Positions 11,801 through 24,796 of a stretch of 64,000 nt of DNA are shown here, one piece after another. A program made the position numbers and the translations under genes. The notes under the pieces were generated by a model, which saw only the letters and a program-made list of their open reading frames with translations, searched no databases and was not told the origin of the DNA. Origin of the DNA: Podarcis tiliguerta (Eukaryota); assembly GCA_965153285.1 (NCBI GenBank), contig OZ229110.1, one strand, 5' to 3'. Numbering within the stretch: position 1 is the first letter of the stretch; the number at the start of each line of letters is the position of its first letter.

Positions 11801-14800
11801 CCAGATAACTAGCATAACACAGATAAAAATATGTAGACAAGATATGGGAGGGTATGGGAGATATGGGAGGACAGGAAGGAACAAGACTAAAGGCAGATGC
11901 CCTGAAAACATGAATCAAAACTACCCAAACGTAAGCTGGAAAGCGAGTAAGTCAGAAAAATTAAGCTGGTTGATCGGAATTTAAGAGTAGACATTTGAAA
12001 TTATCTGCATTTGAGAAAGTGGAACAGCAGAAGACTCACTTGGGGCAGCAGCACACTCTCCATCATGACTTCTTTTGGGGGATGCTCCTGGACGTTCATA
12101 CTAATGTGAGACAGGATAAGCACTCTAAACAACTGGATATACAAATCTTCAGTCTCTACAACATCTTCACTAGTGTTTAAGCATCACCAGGATTCTGTCT
12201 ATTTTTTCCAAGATTTCAGTGCAGAAACATGCAAAGTGACATCCTCAGTTTGACTCGCAATAAAATGGCAAATTCTGTAGCAGGAATCAATTAAGCAAAG
12301 GAAGCAAACTTGCATATCTGCTTATTCTGCATATTTTTATTTAGTGAACATTACTATAGGCAGAATAGTTGTGCTAGTGCAAAGATTAGTGCTAGTGCAA
12401 TGCGATTCCCCTCTCTTCATGTCCCCGAATCTGCTCTAGAAGGTTTGGGGAGACTTCAGAACAGATCTAGGGGGCATGTGGGGGAGGGCGATGGGGGAAT
12501 TAAGTTCAGTTGCACAAGGAGAAATCCTTGAGCTGATGGAACATTTTGTTGCATGCTACATTGAATATAACCCTATGAGTATTTATAATAGCTGTGTAAC
12601 CATTTGCCTGCATCCAATGAAATGCTAATGCAGACGTACCTTGGAAGTCAAACGGAATCCGTTCTGGAAGTCTGTTCAACTTCCAAGGTGCAGCTTCTGA
12701 TTGGCTGCAGGAGCGTCCTGCAGCCAATCGGAAGCTGCAGAAGCCGTACCAGACGTTCAACTTCATTCAAAAACCAGAACATTCGAGTTTACAGGCGTTC
12801 GGCTTTCAAGGTTCCACTGTATTAGACAAGCTACTTTATTTCCAATTATTTGTTATTGGGACATCAGCACAAGAATTAGCAGTGGACATACTGGCTGTGT
12901 TTGCACATTATGTTAAACCAATTTATGTTTAATAACTGTTTAACGTGAACAAGCTGCACTGTAGTGAACACGGCTTTAAAATCGCCACCGCTCCTTCCCC
13001 ACCTTACTGGGTGGGAGCAACAAACCACAAAGATTGGCTTGTCATATGGTTTGTTTCCACCAAATAAACCATGAGCAGTAAGCAAATATATATATATTTT
13101 TTGCTACTGCTTGTGGTTTGTTTAGAGCAGCCTTTCTCAATTGTGGGTCCACAACTCACATCCCTAGCTAGCTCGTCAGAGATGATAGGAGTTGTAGTTC
13201 AACATCATCTGGGGACCAAGGCTGAGAAAGGCTGGTTTTGGGAGAATCACATCATGGGCCTGGGTTTGGATGACATGACAAGTCAAAGTTTTCACTTTGT
13301 TGCTCCCAGGGCACAATGACTAGGAGTGTGGAAGAAGCAAAGCAGGAATTTCTGAGTACTTCTGTATGAGGACATTGCAAATCTGTGTCAAACTAAACAT
13401 GATTTAATGTGATCTGTGAACCAGGCAGTGTGACAGAGGTTGCTGCTATCTTAAACATACTTGCAAACAGCAGCCAAGGTCTTCACGAAAAAGAACAGCT
13501 AATAATCAAAGTGAGATCGAATCTTGAAAAAGGAGATGTTTCATACCACTGCACCAGAAGCTGGCTGAACTATCCACGCATATTCCGGGCGAATGAGCCG
13601 CAAACAATTAAGAGCTGCAAGGTAACAGTTTGCTTGCTTCTGCAGTCCAGAGCGGGTACGGACTTCTCTGCCAAGGCGCATTCCATATTCAAACATCACT
13701 GTTCCAGCTGAGGAAAGAAATAAGACAATACAACAGTCACCTCTTCCCCAACTGAAATATAACAGCTTCAGGTCAGAACTGGTTGTAGTAGGAACGTAAA
13801 GTAGAAACAACTTGAAAATCACCTATAATCTAGTGGAGAGGAGGAGAAACTAACCAAAAGAGAAATTAAAAGATCTGGACACTAGAACAGGAGATATTCC
13901 TAATTTTAAAGGTTGTCAGTATTGAGGAAATAAATGGATGAAGGCAGGGTACAGCAGCTTTATATTAGCTTAACTGCCCTGCCTTCCCTCAAAGTAATCT
14001 GGGTTTTGCAGTTTAGCATGGATATGTATATAGTCTATACCGTGGTGTTTAGCTTTCAAAAACACCCGACACTTTTCTATTATATACTTTTTCCATTCAA
14101 CTAAGAACATATTCAGTAAATATATAGTTCCAATCATACACCTGGAGCATCTATGCAGTAGAGAATTAGTGGGCAGCAAAAGTTTTGAGTATCCTCTCAC
14201 ATACCATTCTCCCCTGCAAATACTCCCCCCTTCATGGCCCTCACATTAGTGTTTATCACAGAAACATGGAGTTTAGGACTTGGCTTTTCTAATCCTCTAG
14301 CACAGGGGTCTGCAAGGTTTACCTCGCCTGGGCCAGTTCACTCCAGTGGAGATCCCACCATGGGCCGGATCGTGTGTGCATGCCCACAATTTCTGGTGTC
14401 TGCGCATGCGCAGACACAATTTCCAGCATTGCAGAAGTGAGTCCCCACGCCACGCTGGTTTAGCGCAGTGTACAGGATCTCACCGAGCAGGCGGCTCAGT
14501 TCGGGGGCGGTTTGTGGGCCGGTTAAACAACCCCCGTGGGCTGCTTGTGGCCCATGGGCCTTAGGTTGCCAACCCCTGCTCTAGCACAGATTAGCTATCA
14601 TGGCTGTGCTCTTTCACCACATGCACAGACTGCTCATTAATGGGAAACAAATCACCATCTGATTCAATGCCACAAGAATTGACATTTTAACAGGTGGGGC
14701 AATTTTCTCTTTTATATAATCTGTCATACCTTTCCGGTAATTATGGCGATAAACATGGAAAGCATATAGCAGCTCGTAGTAATTATGTGTCATCAGATCT

Positions 14801-17800
14801 ACTGCCCGAGCACGATATTCAATTATTCCCACAACCTAGAATACAAACAACAGTTAGACATAGCTGAAGATTTCCTTATACCACTACCTCACTGCTAACA
14901 AAAGCAAACCATTTACCTCATTGTGGAGATTCACATAGGGGAACTCCACAAGATCCTGGAGCTGGGAGCGTTCACAGAGAACTACCACCAACTGCCGTAA
15001 ACAATCCAGCTGCCTAGAAGGGAGAAAGAAAGAGGTAACTCTTTGCTACCATGGACTGTGAATTCTGTGGACTGGTTTTTCACATTTTAAAGCAATGTAC
15101 ACATTTAAACAGTATATAAATGTCTTAAATTAGAAAAACACAGCTCTTTAGAACCTAGGCAATATTTTCAGGGTTTTTTAAAGAGCCAAAAACAAAACAA
15201 AAACAACCCCAACCACCTGTGGTTGGCACTTGATTCATAAAAATAAGGTATATCAATGCCCAAAATATATGAAGTATTACCTGCTAGAATCTGGGTTATG
15301 GGTCATGGCTTCATATGCTTGACTGTTATGTCCTAAATCCAAATGGTGTTTGAAAATGCATGTCCTCAGGGTAGCCTGCAATACAAATATGGCAGTTAAG
15401 CCATCTATAACCAGCTGGAAAATTAGTGTGGTGGCACAAACAAATGCTGGATGAGAAGGGCACGCATCCTACAATAGCAAAACATAATTCCTTACTTGGC
15501 TTCTCCAATCATCAGCTGCTTCTGTGATTGCTAAGGTAGCCAACTGAATGATCAGTTCAGGTAGACCCATGGTATCCAGAAGACGCAGAACCTAGGGAGG
15601 GGAATATACAGCCAAGAATGTTTTACCTGAACTATTTGTGAAAATGTTAAGTACATGTTATACCACCCCTTCTACAAGAAAGGTTAAAAGCTTAGAAAGG
15701 AAAATACCTTGTCATAGTACTGTAGCCGTGGGGTTGAAGCCATTTCAACATCCTCCGATCTAATTAGTCTATCCAAAAACTCCTCTTTTCCAACTTCTGA
15801 GGCTGCTTCACAGAAACAGTCCAGAGCCTGAAAGAAAAAAAGAACTTAAACCAAGGCTTGGGACAAAGTTAGTCCGAAGCACAGAATAAACTGGGATCAC
15901 TTCCATATTGTTTTGGTACAGTTATCAATTCCATACTGTATGTCAGAGGTTGCCAAACTTTTTAGGCCAGTGGTTACATCTGCAATTCTGAGGAACTGTC
16001 AATAGCGTCAGTCACAAAATGGCACGCAGGTGCATGCTATGGCTATCAAAGCACTACACATTATAATTCAACATGGATACCACTAAAAACTATTACTAGA
16101 AACAGTCCATGCACACACCCCACCCGAAGCTGCCACTGAAGGCCAGAAATGAACAGCAAAGCATCTGACTCTAGGAAAGCAGTAGACAGATTCATCTGAA
16201 CAAAGCCTAGATTGGTAACACAGTTGACACTTATTTTATATTTTGCTCCTTTTTAGAACAAAGCTGTCAAATCTACAGCACTCTGCAGACATCAAGATCC
16301 TCAAAAGTAACTGAGAATCTCTCACTCCTAGCTATGACTACTGTCTAACCAACTTCTCTCCTTTTGTTTCTCAACTCAAACAATAAAATGTTTATCTGTT
16401 TTAGAGAAATAAGAATTTACCTTGTGTCCTTCTCCCATAACAAGGTAGCAGCGTCCCATCATAAAACAGCATGACCCCATATTCACATGGCACCAAGGTC
16501 CCAGAAAACGAATATATTCCTAATATACAAACATACACTAATCAGACAAATGTTATGTCTTACTTCCCACTGTACTCAGACATTGTTTAACGCACACCAA
16601 TTAAAAAACATGAACAGGCAAGCAGCTAGGCTGGATTCTGATCTAGACATTTAGGCTTGGAGCCTCTGTTCCTGTGAGATTAACTCTGTTCACAGGATAC
16701 TCCCAGTGGTATAGTGGGGAGAGAAGAGAGGCATTTCCAAACACCCCAGCCCCCCCCAAAAAACCTCTGCTCCATACCTTTGGGGGACCCTATAGAAAAA
16801 CATGAGAGTTTGTGCTGTAACTGTAGGTGAGGGGGGGTCGGTAAAAATGGCCTCCCCAATTCAGCCAGTAGGAGCCTCTACTGGATTGAGAATCCCTTCC
16901 ATAATATCCAGTTTCGATCCATTTGCCTGATTTACCTGGGCTACCTTTGAATGATGATGATGATGATGATTTTAGGGCAGCATGCACATAGCATCCTTCC
17001 CCACAACTAATCCATTGCTTTGAACCAGTGCTAGCTTTCTTTTTACCAATTACTTTTATAGATTTTCAAAATTATTATAAATCTTGCCAAATTAGTTCAA
17101 TTTAATACAATTTTCCAAAACCGGCTTCCCACTCTCCTTATAAGACATGCCCAAGATGAACCCCAGTTGCTGCTCATATTCTCAGTTAATCTCTTGATCC
17201 CACCATAAGTACCAATGATCCATCAGCTGCCCCTTTACATCCCTGAATACAAAACCAGGGCTAGCTTTCAACCAGGCTCCCACCTGATCTACTTAAGCAT
17301 TTTCCTTCTATCCTTTAAATATTAATGTAAAGGAGTTCACAAATAAAGATCTCACCTGCAATTGAGCATACTGACAAGCCCCCATCAAACATTCTGGAAA
17401 GAGGAAGTTAGGATTGCTTGGCCACCTGAAGACTGCATAAGGAATATAGGTTATTGAATGGATGACAAGACCCTGGCTTAATTTTATGAACGTCTATCGT
17501 ATCACGTCTTCCTTGCCTTTTCTCTTCTAACTAAAAAGTCCCAAACACCGCAATCTTTCTTTCTAGGGGAGTCACTCCACCCCCTTGATCATTTTGGTTG
17601 TCCCTTTACTGTGCTGTAGTCTTTTGAATGAATCAATACCACAAACAGCAGCTCCTCACATGTACAATCATAGGGCTGCATGGGAGCAGGAGCTGGTTGG
17701 AGGGCAAGGCTTTAGCATGCAGAGTTGGAGGGCAGGAACAGAAAGGAAGAAGAGGAAACAGACAAGAGATGGGCAGTGCGGCAGGCTTAGTGTGAGGGAA

Positions 17801-20800
17801 GGAAGAGGGAGAACAGGAAGACGGGAGGCAAAAGGACAGACAGAGGGAGAAGTGCTTGGGGCTTCTCTTGTGCCTTCTGGCCCCTCCACTTCTCTCTCAC
17901 ACAGTCTCATCTCAGTCCTCTTTCCTTGCTGCCAACCCTCTGAAAGGAAAGGGAGGGAGGGGGGATTAGCAAGTAAGATGAACCATTTTAAAAAAACCGC
18001 ACCCAATAAACTGGGAAGAAAGGAATGGGGAAAAAGAGGAAAACTCACAGAGGAGTGAAAAGTGAATGTAAAAAGAGCAAGGAGGAGCCTCTAGATGAGG
18101 GGTTGTCAACCTGGTCCCTATCACCCAGGATTCTAGGTGGGCATTTCAGGATTCTAGGTGGGCAGTAAGGGGTTGTACGGCACAAGCTGAATCCTCCTTC
18201 CATTGAGCACTGGTGGGCGGTAAGGAAATGTTACCATCAAGAAAGATGCATTAGTGGGCGGTCGGTATAAAAAGGTTGACTACCCCTGCTCTAGATCATA
18301 AAATTGTGCCTAAAGTGAGGAAGCCAAGTCATGCCTCTGCAGCTATGGGCAGGATTTGACTAACCAGCCCCATGAGTGGAAGCCCTGCACAAAGACCTCA
18401 CACCTTGCCAACGGGGCTCCCCCCACAGGCACCCTCACAATTGGTTTGGGGGGGGGGTCCTAGAGAACCCCCAGAAGAGCATGCAGGGAAGGAGGATACC
18501 TTTGGCAAGCTGGAATGCTTGCACAGGAAGAACTGAATGAGCACAATGATGAATTCCACCTAACTTCTGTACTTTACTTGAATAAAACTGAACTGTAACT
18601 CCCTGCCATAGAGGAATCACTGGAGCAAAGAATTTCAGAAATTCGCAAAGTGTCAATAATTGTCAGCTGGTTATGCCAAACTCTGTCTGCTGATTCCGCC
18701 CCTGCACATTGTGTTTGGAGGGCCCCAGTTAATTTTTATCTCAGGGGTAGAAAGTTTAAGAATCCCCGCACTAGAGGAACAGAAGAAAGCATAGCTCCTG
18801 TCCACCGTTTCAAGCAGAAGCTGCAACAGAAGGATACAAGAACTGCAGGAGATAACTCGAAATTGCAGAAAACATTTGAGGCCAACTCAAACTTGATTCA
18901 TCCAAGGCTGCGTTAGGTGGGAACAGTTGAGATATTATGTGTTTTCGGGCTACCTCCTGAAAGAACAGCTCCACGATAGTTTGAGGGCTGGACACTAAAA
19001 CAGATTAAAAGATGTTGTCTGCATCAATATCTCTAAAGAATGAGAAAATGCCATAAACATGTTTCGTACATGACTCTTCAATGTAATGGTTTCCCTAATA
19101 CTAACTTCTATATTCCACTTCTAATAAATCCAAGTGGTATGCAGGGAAGAAAGGCTGTAAACTTAAATGCCAATTTTTAGATTTTGCTTACTTAAGATGT
19201 ACTTTGCATTTTTAGACACGACACCAACTTTTTGACAGGTAAAGACTAGATTTTCTAGCTATCTATAGAACTTTCGAGTTTGAAAAAACTAGGCATAAGA
19301 AATATGGCACGTAGAATACTTAAAATTTGGAAAATTCCAACAATTTTAAAATAAAACTCTAGCCTAGACTGCAGGTAAAGGTGGCTGGGTTAATGTTAAA
19401 AACGGCCCCTGAGTTATAGCAGTTTAGGTTCTCTGAGCAACGATTTCAGCACTATCTTGCTTTAAAGTATTTTAATCTGAGCACTGGAGAACTTATGTCT
19501 ATAAACACGATTAATCTTTTAGCAAAGCCTTGTATTGTCACTTTTAAAAAACAGTAACTGAACATACTTACAACCAAAAAGAGACAAAAAGCTTTTAATT
19601 TCTTACCTAGCTTGAGTGGTGTTATAGCTGTAGAATCTGTCAGTTTTAATACAGAAAGATGCTGTAGGTTACATTCCCTGAAGAAACCAAGAAAAAATAC
19701 TTATCAGACAGAAAAGTCCTGAGCAGAACCTGCCCAAATAAGCTGCTTGCTATTATCAAACAAAATGCCTATTTTTTGCTAAAGGAAAAGAGAATGGCCA
19801 CGCCTACTTCATCCATCATATTCATTACAAACTATAGGTAAAGAACTTACAGTTCATCAACTGGAACATCTGATGCCAAGCGCTGACTTGCCCACCTGAT
19901 CAGGTAATATGATAATATCAAATGAGATGTGCGATGCAGCAGGTTCTGTTGAGTGTGGTATAGCTGGCCTCCGCCCAATACCTAAAAACACAACATAAGT
20001 CTTAGTTGTTCAATAGCTGTCAATGGCCAAGTATTTTCACATTATTCAGAAAAGATGCGAAAATCCTTGTGGTATTATCCTCCCCTTCTCCATATAGACA
20101 TTTATACCCCATTTTGATTGTCTATAGCAATATCTTCAGGGCTGTCCCGAAGCAGTTGCTAGAAAGGAGAGGAATGAAGCCAACGCATATTGAAAGCAGG
20201 ACAGCCAAAGACAGGAGTGCTATTTTAAGTGGGTTGCATGGGACTGAAGGAAAATCAACCCAGAACCTATCTAACTGAAGTAAGCAGCTGGTGTTGGAAA
20301 CATGACATTACTATCTGATCTGAATCAACTTAAGCTCCTTCTTGTTAATAAGGATAATGGCTTGGATTCAGACGTGCTGCTCTGTGATAATATATGTTTT
20401 GGTCCCCAAGTTCTTTCCTGGCTGCCAAAAAAGTAGATCCAGCAACACAGTGCACCCTGACAGCTAAGCGGTAATGTCAATTCAGCAACCACTGTAACCA
20501 TTCCATTATTATTCAATGTATGCTGTTCAGTTAATGATGTAAGGATTGTACTGCTTGAGGTCACACAGTCAACTTTGTTCCAATATACTCACAGTATCTC
20601 CAAGCCGTAGCAAGAGCTGCTGTAAAATCAACAAGTCCCGACAAAGCAAAAAGCGAGTCATGGACATCTTGTACACACACCGACACACCATGTTTACTGT
20701 TGTGCTACTACCATAGAGTTGTGAGAGATGCATGCGCACATTTAGGGGTTGGACTGTAGAAAGAAAGGTAAGAAAAGGCAAAAATATATGCATCTACCGA

Positions 20801-21687
20801 CATAAGCAGCTTTCACTTAATCAAAATGTTAGGGGGAGGGAGAGTAGAGCCACTGTTCTCTCACCAATATTGAGTCCTCTTTCCATTTCCGCATCTGTCT
20901 CATAGTCCATTTCCCGGATAAGCACCCCAATAGCATCAATTGGGTTTTTGATCTCTTGCAATTTACTGTGAATATCCTCTATTAGATTCTCTCTACAAGG
21001 AAACCAGCAAAATGTGTTAGGCTTCATAAAATATATTGAGAATTTATTCAGTTATGAGGGAGTAAACATGATACAGAAGACACACTATCCACCCTATTAA
21101 GAATTATATGTGGCATCCTACAACTAATTTTTCCACACACTGTCTCAAGGGCTATGACACCCTCGGGTTGAGGAACATGAAATTGTAAGATACAAGTAAT
21201 CTGGAACAAACTATTGCAATCAGGTGACTGTAATTTGTACACTACCTTGAGACAGATTGTAATAGGCAGTATATAAAAACTCTTCATAGAAAAATGAAGT
21301 AACAAAAACACTGTACAACTTTTGAATTTATATGGCTACTTTTTAAGCACAGGAACCCTAGGGATTTTGCTTGTAGTGTGGCCTTGGTTCAAACTGTCTT
21401 GGGCCGCAGCTGGAGATATACAGCGTTTTACCTGTCTGAGGGGAACAGTGAGATTGAGGACATTTTTAACAAAAAAAGAAATTGAAGGCTGAACCTCTCA
21501 GCTCTGACAGAAAAATAACATAGGCCTTGGTGTGTAACACTGCTCTCTTGAAGAAGGCAGGGCCTAAAATCTGGAAGGACATTTCTCCACAGGGAGGGTT
21601 GTCAACTGTGCTGCCTCTGCTCTCTGAGGGGAAGGAATAGTGAGCCCAATTTTCTGAGAACTACAGCTACTAGAACTTTGTGGCTAG

Positions 21688-21730
<43 letters not shown>

Positions 21731-24700
21731 TCACACACACTCACACACACACACACACACACACACACATCCAATCAGCGAAATGCTGTAGAGTGAGAAA
21801 ATCATTTTTTATCAATGGCCTACTTTGCTCATAGTGCATGCTTACGTGTCATTTGCAATCAAGTCATGAAGGATCTGTCCTGCAGCTCTCTCTGGCGGCT
21901 GGGAACGGCAGCAAGCCATTTCCATTGTTAGTGCCATCTCCACAGAAATTGATTCACCAATTAACCGAAGGCACTGAACAAGACTCACAAGATCATGAGA
22001 AAATTCAGATTCTACAATGAAAAGGCGGTGTTTAGAACTTATTTCAGAGTGTGTGGGGGTATATATATTTTAATCACAATAAAAAAGCCAACTATGCTGC
22101 AAAAGCAGGACTAAAACCAGTTAAGAATACACTTTATTCTTGCTTGCGCATTCTATCCAGGGGCAAAATGCAAAAAAAAATCACTTCATTAGTACTTACT
22201 AAAGTCAACCTAAGAAGCACCAAGAATGAACTTCCCTAGTTATGTTGCTCTCTAGTTATGTTACTCTCCCACAGTGCATGATTTTGAAACATCAATAGGT
22301 TTAAAACTCTCAATCCAGCCTTTCAATTTATCCATTTGCCCACTGACATGAGGCAAGTGCTTCCAGGAAAGTGATCATGAACTGATTCCTTAAAAGTTCT
22401 TGGAGAGAGATGCACCAAGGTTATTGTTACCTGCTAGGATGTAACTAACTGAAAATAACCAACATGGGCAGGAATCCAAAGAGTTGAGAAATTAGATCTA
22501 TGAGCCCAGAGACCCTTTATGCTTACACTTCTTGAGCAAAAGCTCCACATGCTAACATGGTAAATTGCTTTTAAAACAGAGGAGGGTTACCAAAGCAGTT
22601 TATTTTCCATGTAAGTAAAGTTTTGTTTTGAGACGTTCCACTGCAGTAGTGCAAGCCTGATGTGAGTGGCTTTCTGGATCCTGGCTATTTATCAGAAAAA
22701 TAAAACACTTTTTTTAAAAAATGTAAAGACTATGTTCTAAATTCTGCTCTGCCGACAACATCTTATAGTGGGTCCGTGCGCTCACTCTCTCTTACCATCT
22801 AAACCAGTGCTCTCAACTTCATTCACCAGTTGTTCATCAAGCGAAAGGTAAAGGTGATCCATTAGGGAGCAGGGCACAAGAAAAGACAGGTATCCCTGTG
22901 TGGGGAGAAGATACACTCATCATTTAGTTTCCAAACACCACAAAAAGATGATTTACTTACATGGAAAGCTCAAAGCAACATTCTGAAGGGGGGAAATGCC
23001 CATATTCAGAGTAGTCCACATTCTCAGCATCATAAATATTCAAAGATACAGTGGCAAAATAGTGTATTGTAACTTAGGAAAAGCTCAAACTAGCTATCTT
23101 TTAGCAGCTTCCGTGATTTTCAGATCCTTATCGAAACTACGGACCATCTGAATTTCTAACCAACATTTGCTCAGGAAAAAGTCCCATGTAAAACAAATAA
23201 ACCATATAAATTTATATCTGCCACATTTATTACATAAAATTATAATTACACACTACTGAGAGCTCTTGAAACTTAAGTCCACAATAGTTAGGGTCATTGC
23301 CTGCCAGAGTTGGACAGGCCCATTTTGCTCTATGAAAGAAATATCTGAAATTTGCCTCTTTCTGACCTGATTCTCACCTTTTTAAGCAGGCACACCATGC
23401 TAGTGCATTGATTCAAGAGAAGTGCAAGTGGGCGTGAGAGTTCTTCTTGGTACTGAACACAGTAAGCATAGAATTTTGACCAAAATTCTATTTGCAGCTG
23501 TCTAAATACTTCTTGTGAGAATTCATACTCAGTCACATTTCCTTGGAACTGGGAAACAAGAACAAAAACACAGACCGAAGGTTAGCTATCCAAATGAACA
23601 GTTCTGCTAAATTAAGGATGTTGGCTGCTAAAGGTAATTTCCTCCCTCTCCTCTACCCATGTGCCCCCATAATTTGTTCTAGGGAGACACACATGGAAAA
23701 CCTAACCCTAGCAGAAGTACTTCATTGGATACCACCCTAAAAACTAACATTACAACAGTAGAGCATTGTTTGACCTATCTTAAAACAAACACATAAATAT
23801 AAGCACAATTATTACAAAGAACCAATGAAATAAGAATCCAAGAATGAAGGTAATCCTGTTGAAGCAACAAGAGGGGCAAAGACTAAACGGAACTCTTACC
23901 TCATTTTCCAGAGCTATAGTAATTTCTTTTTTCAGCTCATCCCAGGACAGGTCTGTGAGGTGCTCAGCTCTTTGAGAAAATATCTAAGGGAAAATTAAAA
24001 GATGTTTCTCACCCTTAAACCTAAATGCACATAGTGCCAGGGCTTACCAAATCTCACACTTGAATTCTAGCAGCATGCCAAGCAGTGTCAAAAAGAATGT
24101 TCTATGTAGATGACTGCTGACAGTAGGCCACTGTAGCTATGAACTGGCAGAGCAGAGCAGAGGAGAGCTCTGCCCTTCTGCCTCAAATGCCAATCTTGCC
24201 ATTTTGTGCAATTGACTTGTTAGTGTAAGTTGTAATGGTTTTCCAGAAACTCCCCAACAAATGATGATGTTCCTGCTCACCTGTAAAGCTTTAAGCAAAG
24301 CCGCATTTGTGAACTGTCCAGGCATGAAGATGGCCTCTGTAAATGTTTCCTGTAAGAGTCAGCATAATTAATTATTTCCCAAGCAGATCATGTGATTCAT
24401 TTTATTCCCTTCCACTAACAGCTACGTCCAAATATTGTCCCATGACTATGTTCTAGCAACTGCTCAACTTCAGTTTATATGACAATTTCCAATGTGCACT
24501 ATATATTAACTATGTGAAATTGTTAATACATTAGAGGTCCACACATGCTGCCTAAACCTTGAAAGAAAGAAATCAACCTTGAAACTAAGAGTAAAATGAA
24601 GTGTAGAAATTGATGCACTGTTCATTTCTGAAACACAAAGTTTTGAACAACAACAACAACAACAACAAAAAAGAACTTAAAAAAACAAGGCATGCTTCTG

Positions 24701-24763
24701 GTGGCCAAAGGAATCTTGCTTTCAGACACTTTGGGACACAAGAAGCACCAAGAGTAATATCAT

Positions 24764-24796
<33 letters not shown>

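Noticed and set aside
17585-18058. 157-aa (+) and 126-aa (-) ORFs inside the U12 intron
   Set aside because: Low-complexity purine/pyrimidine-biased sequence, with no recognisable domain or splice context
22237-22268. 16-bp tandem duplication CTAGTTATGTT(G/A)CTCT
   Set aside because: Ordinary replication-slippage duplication in an intron
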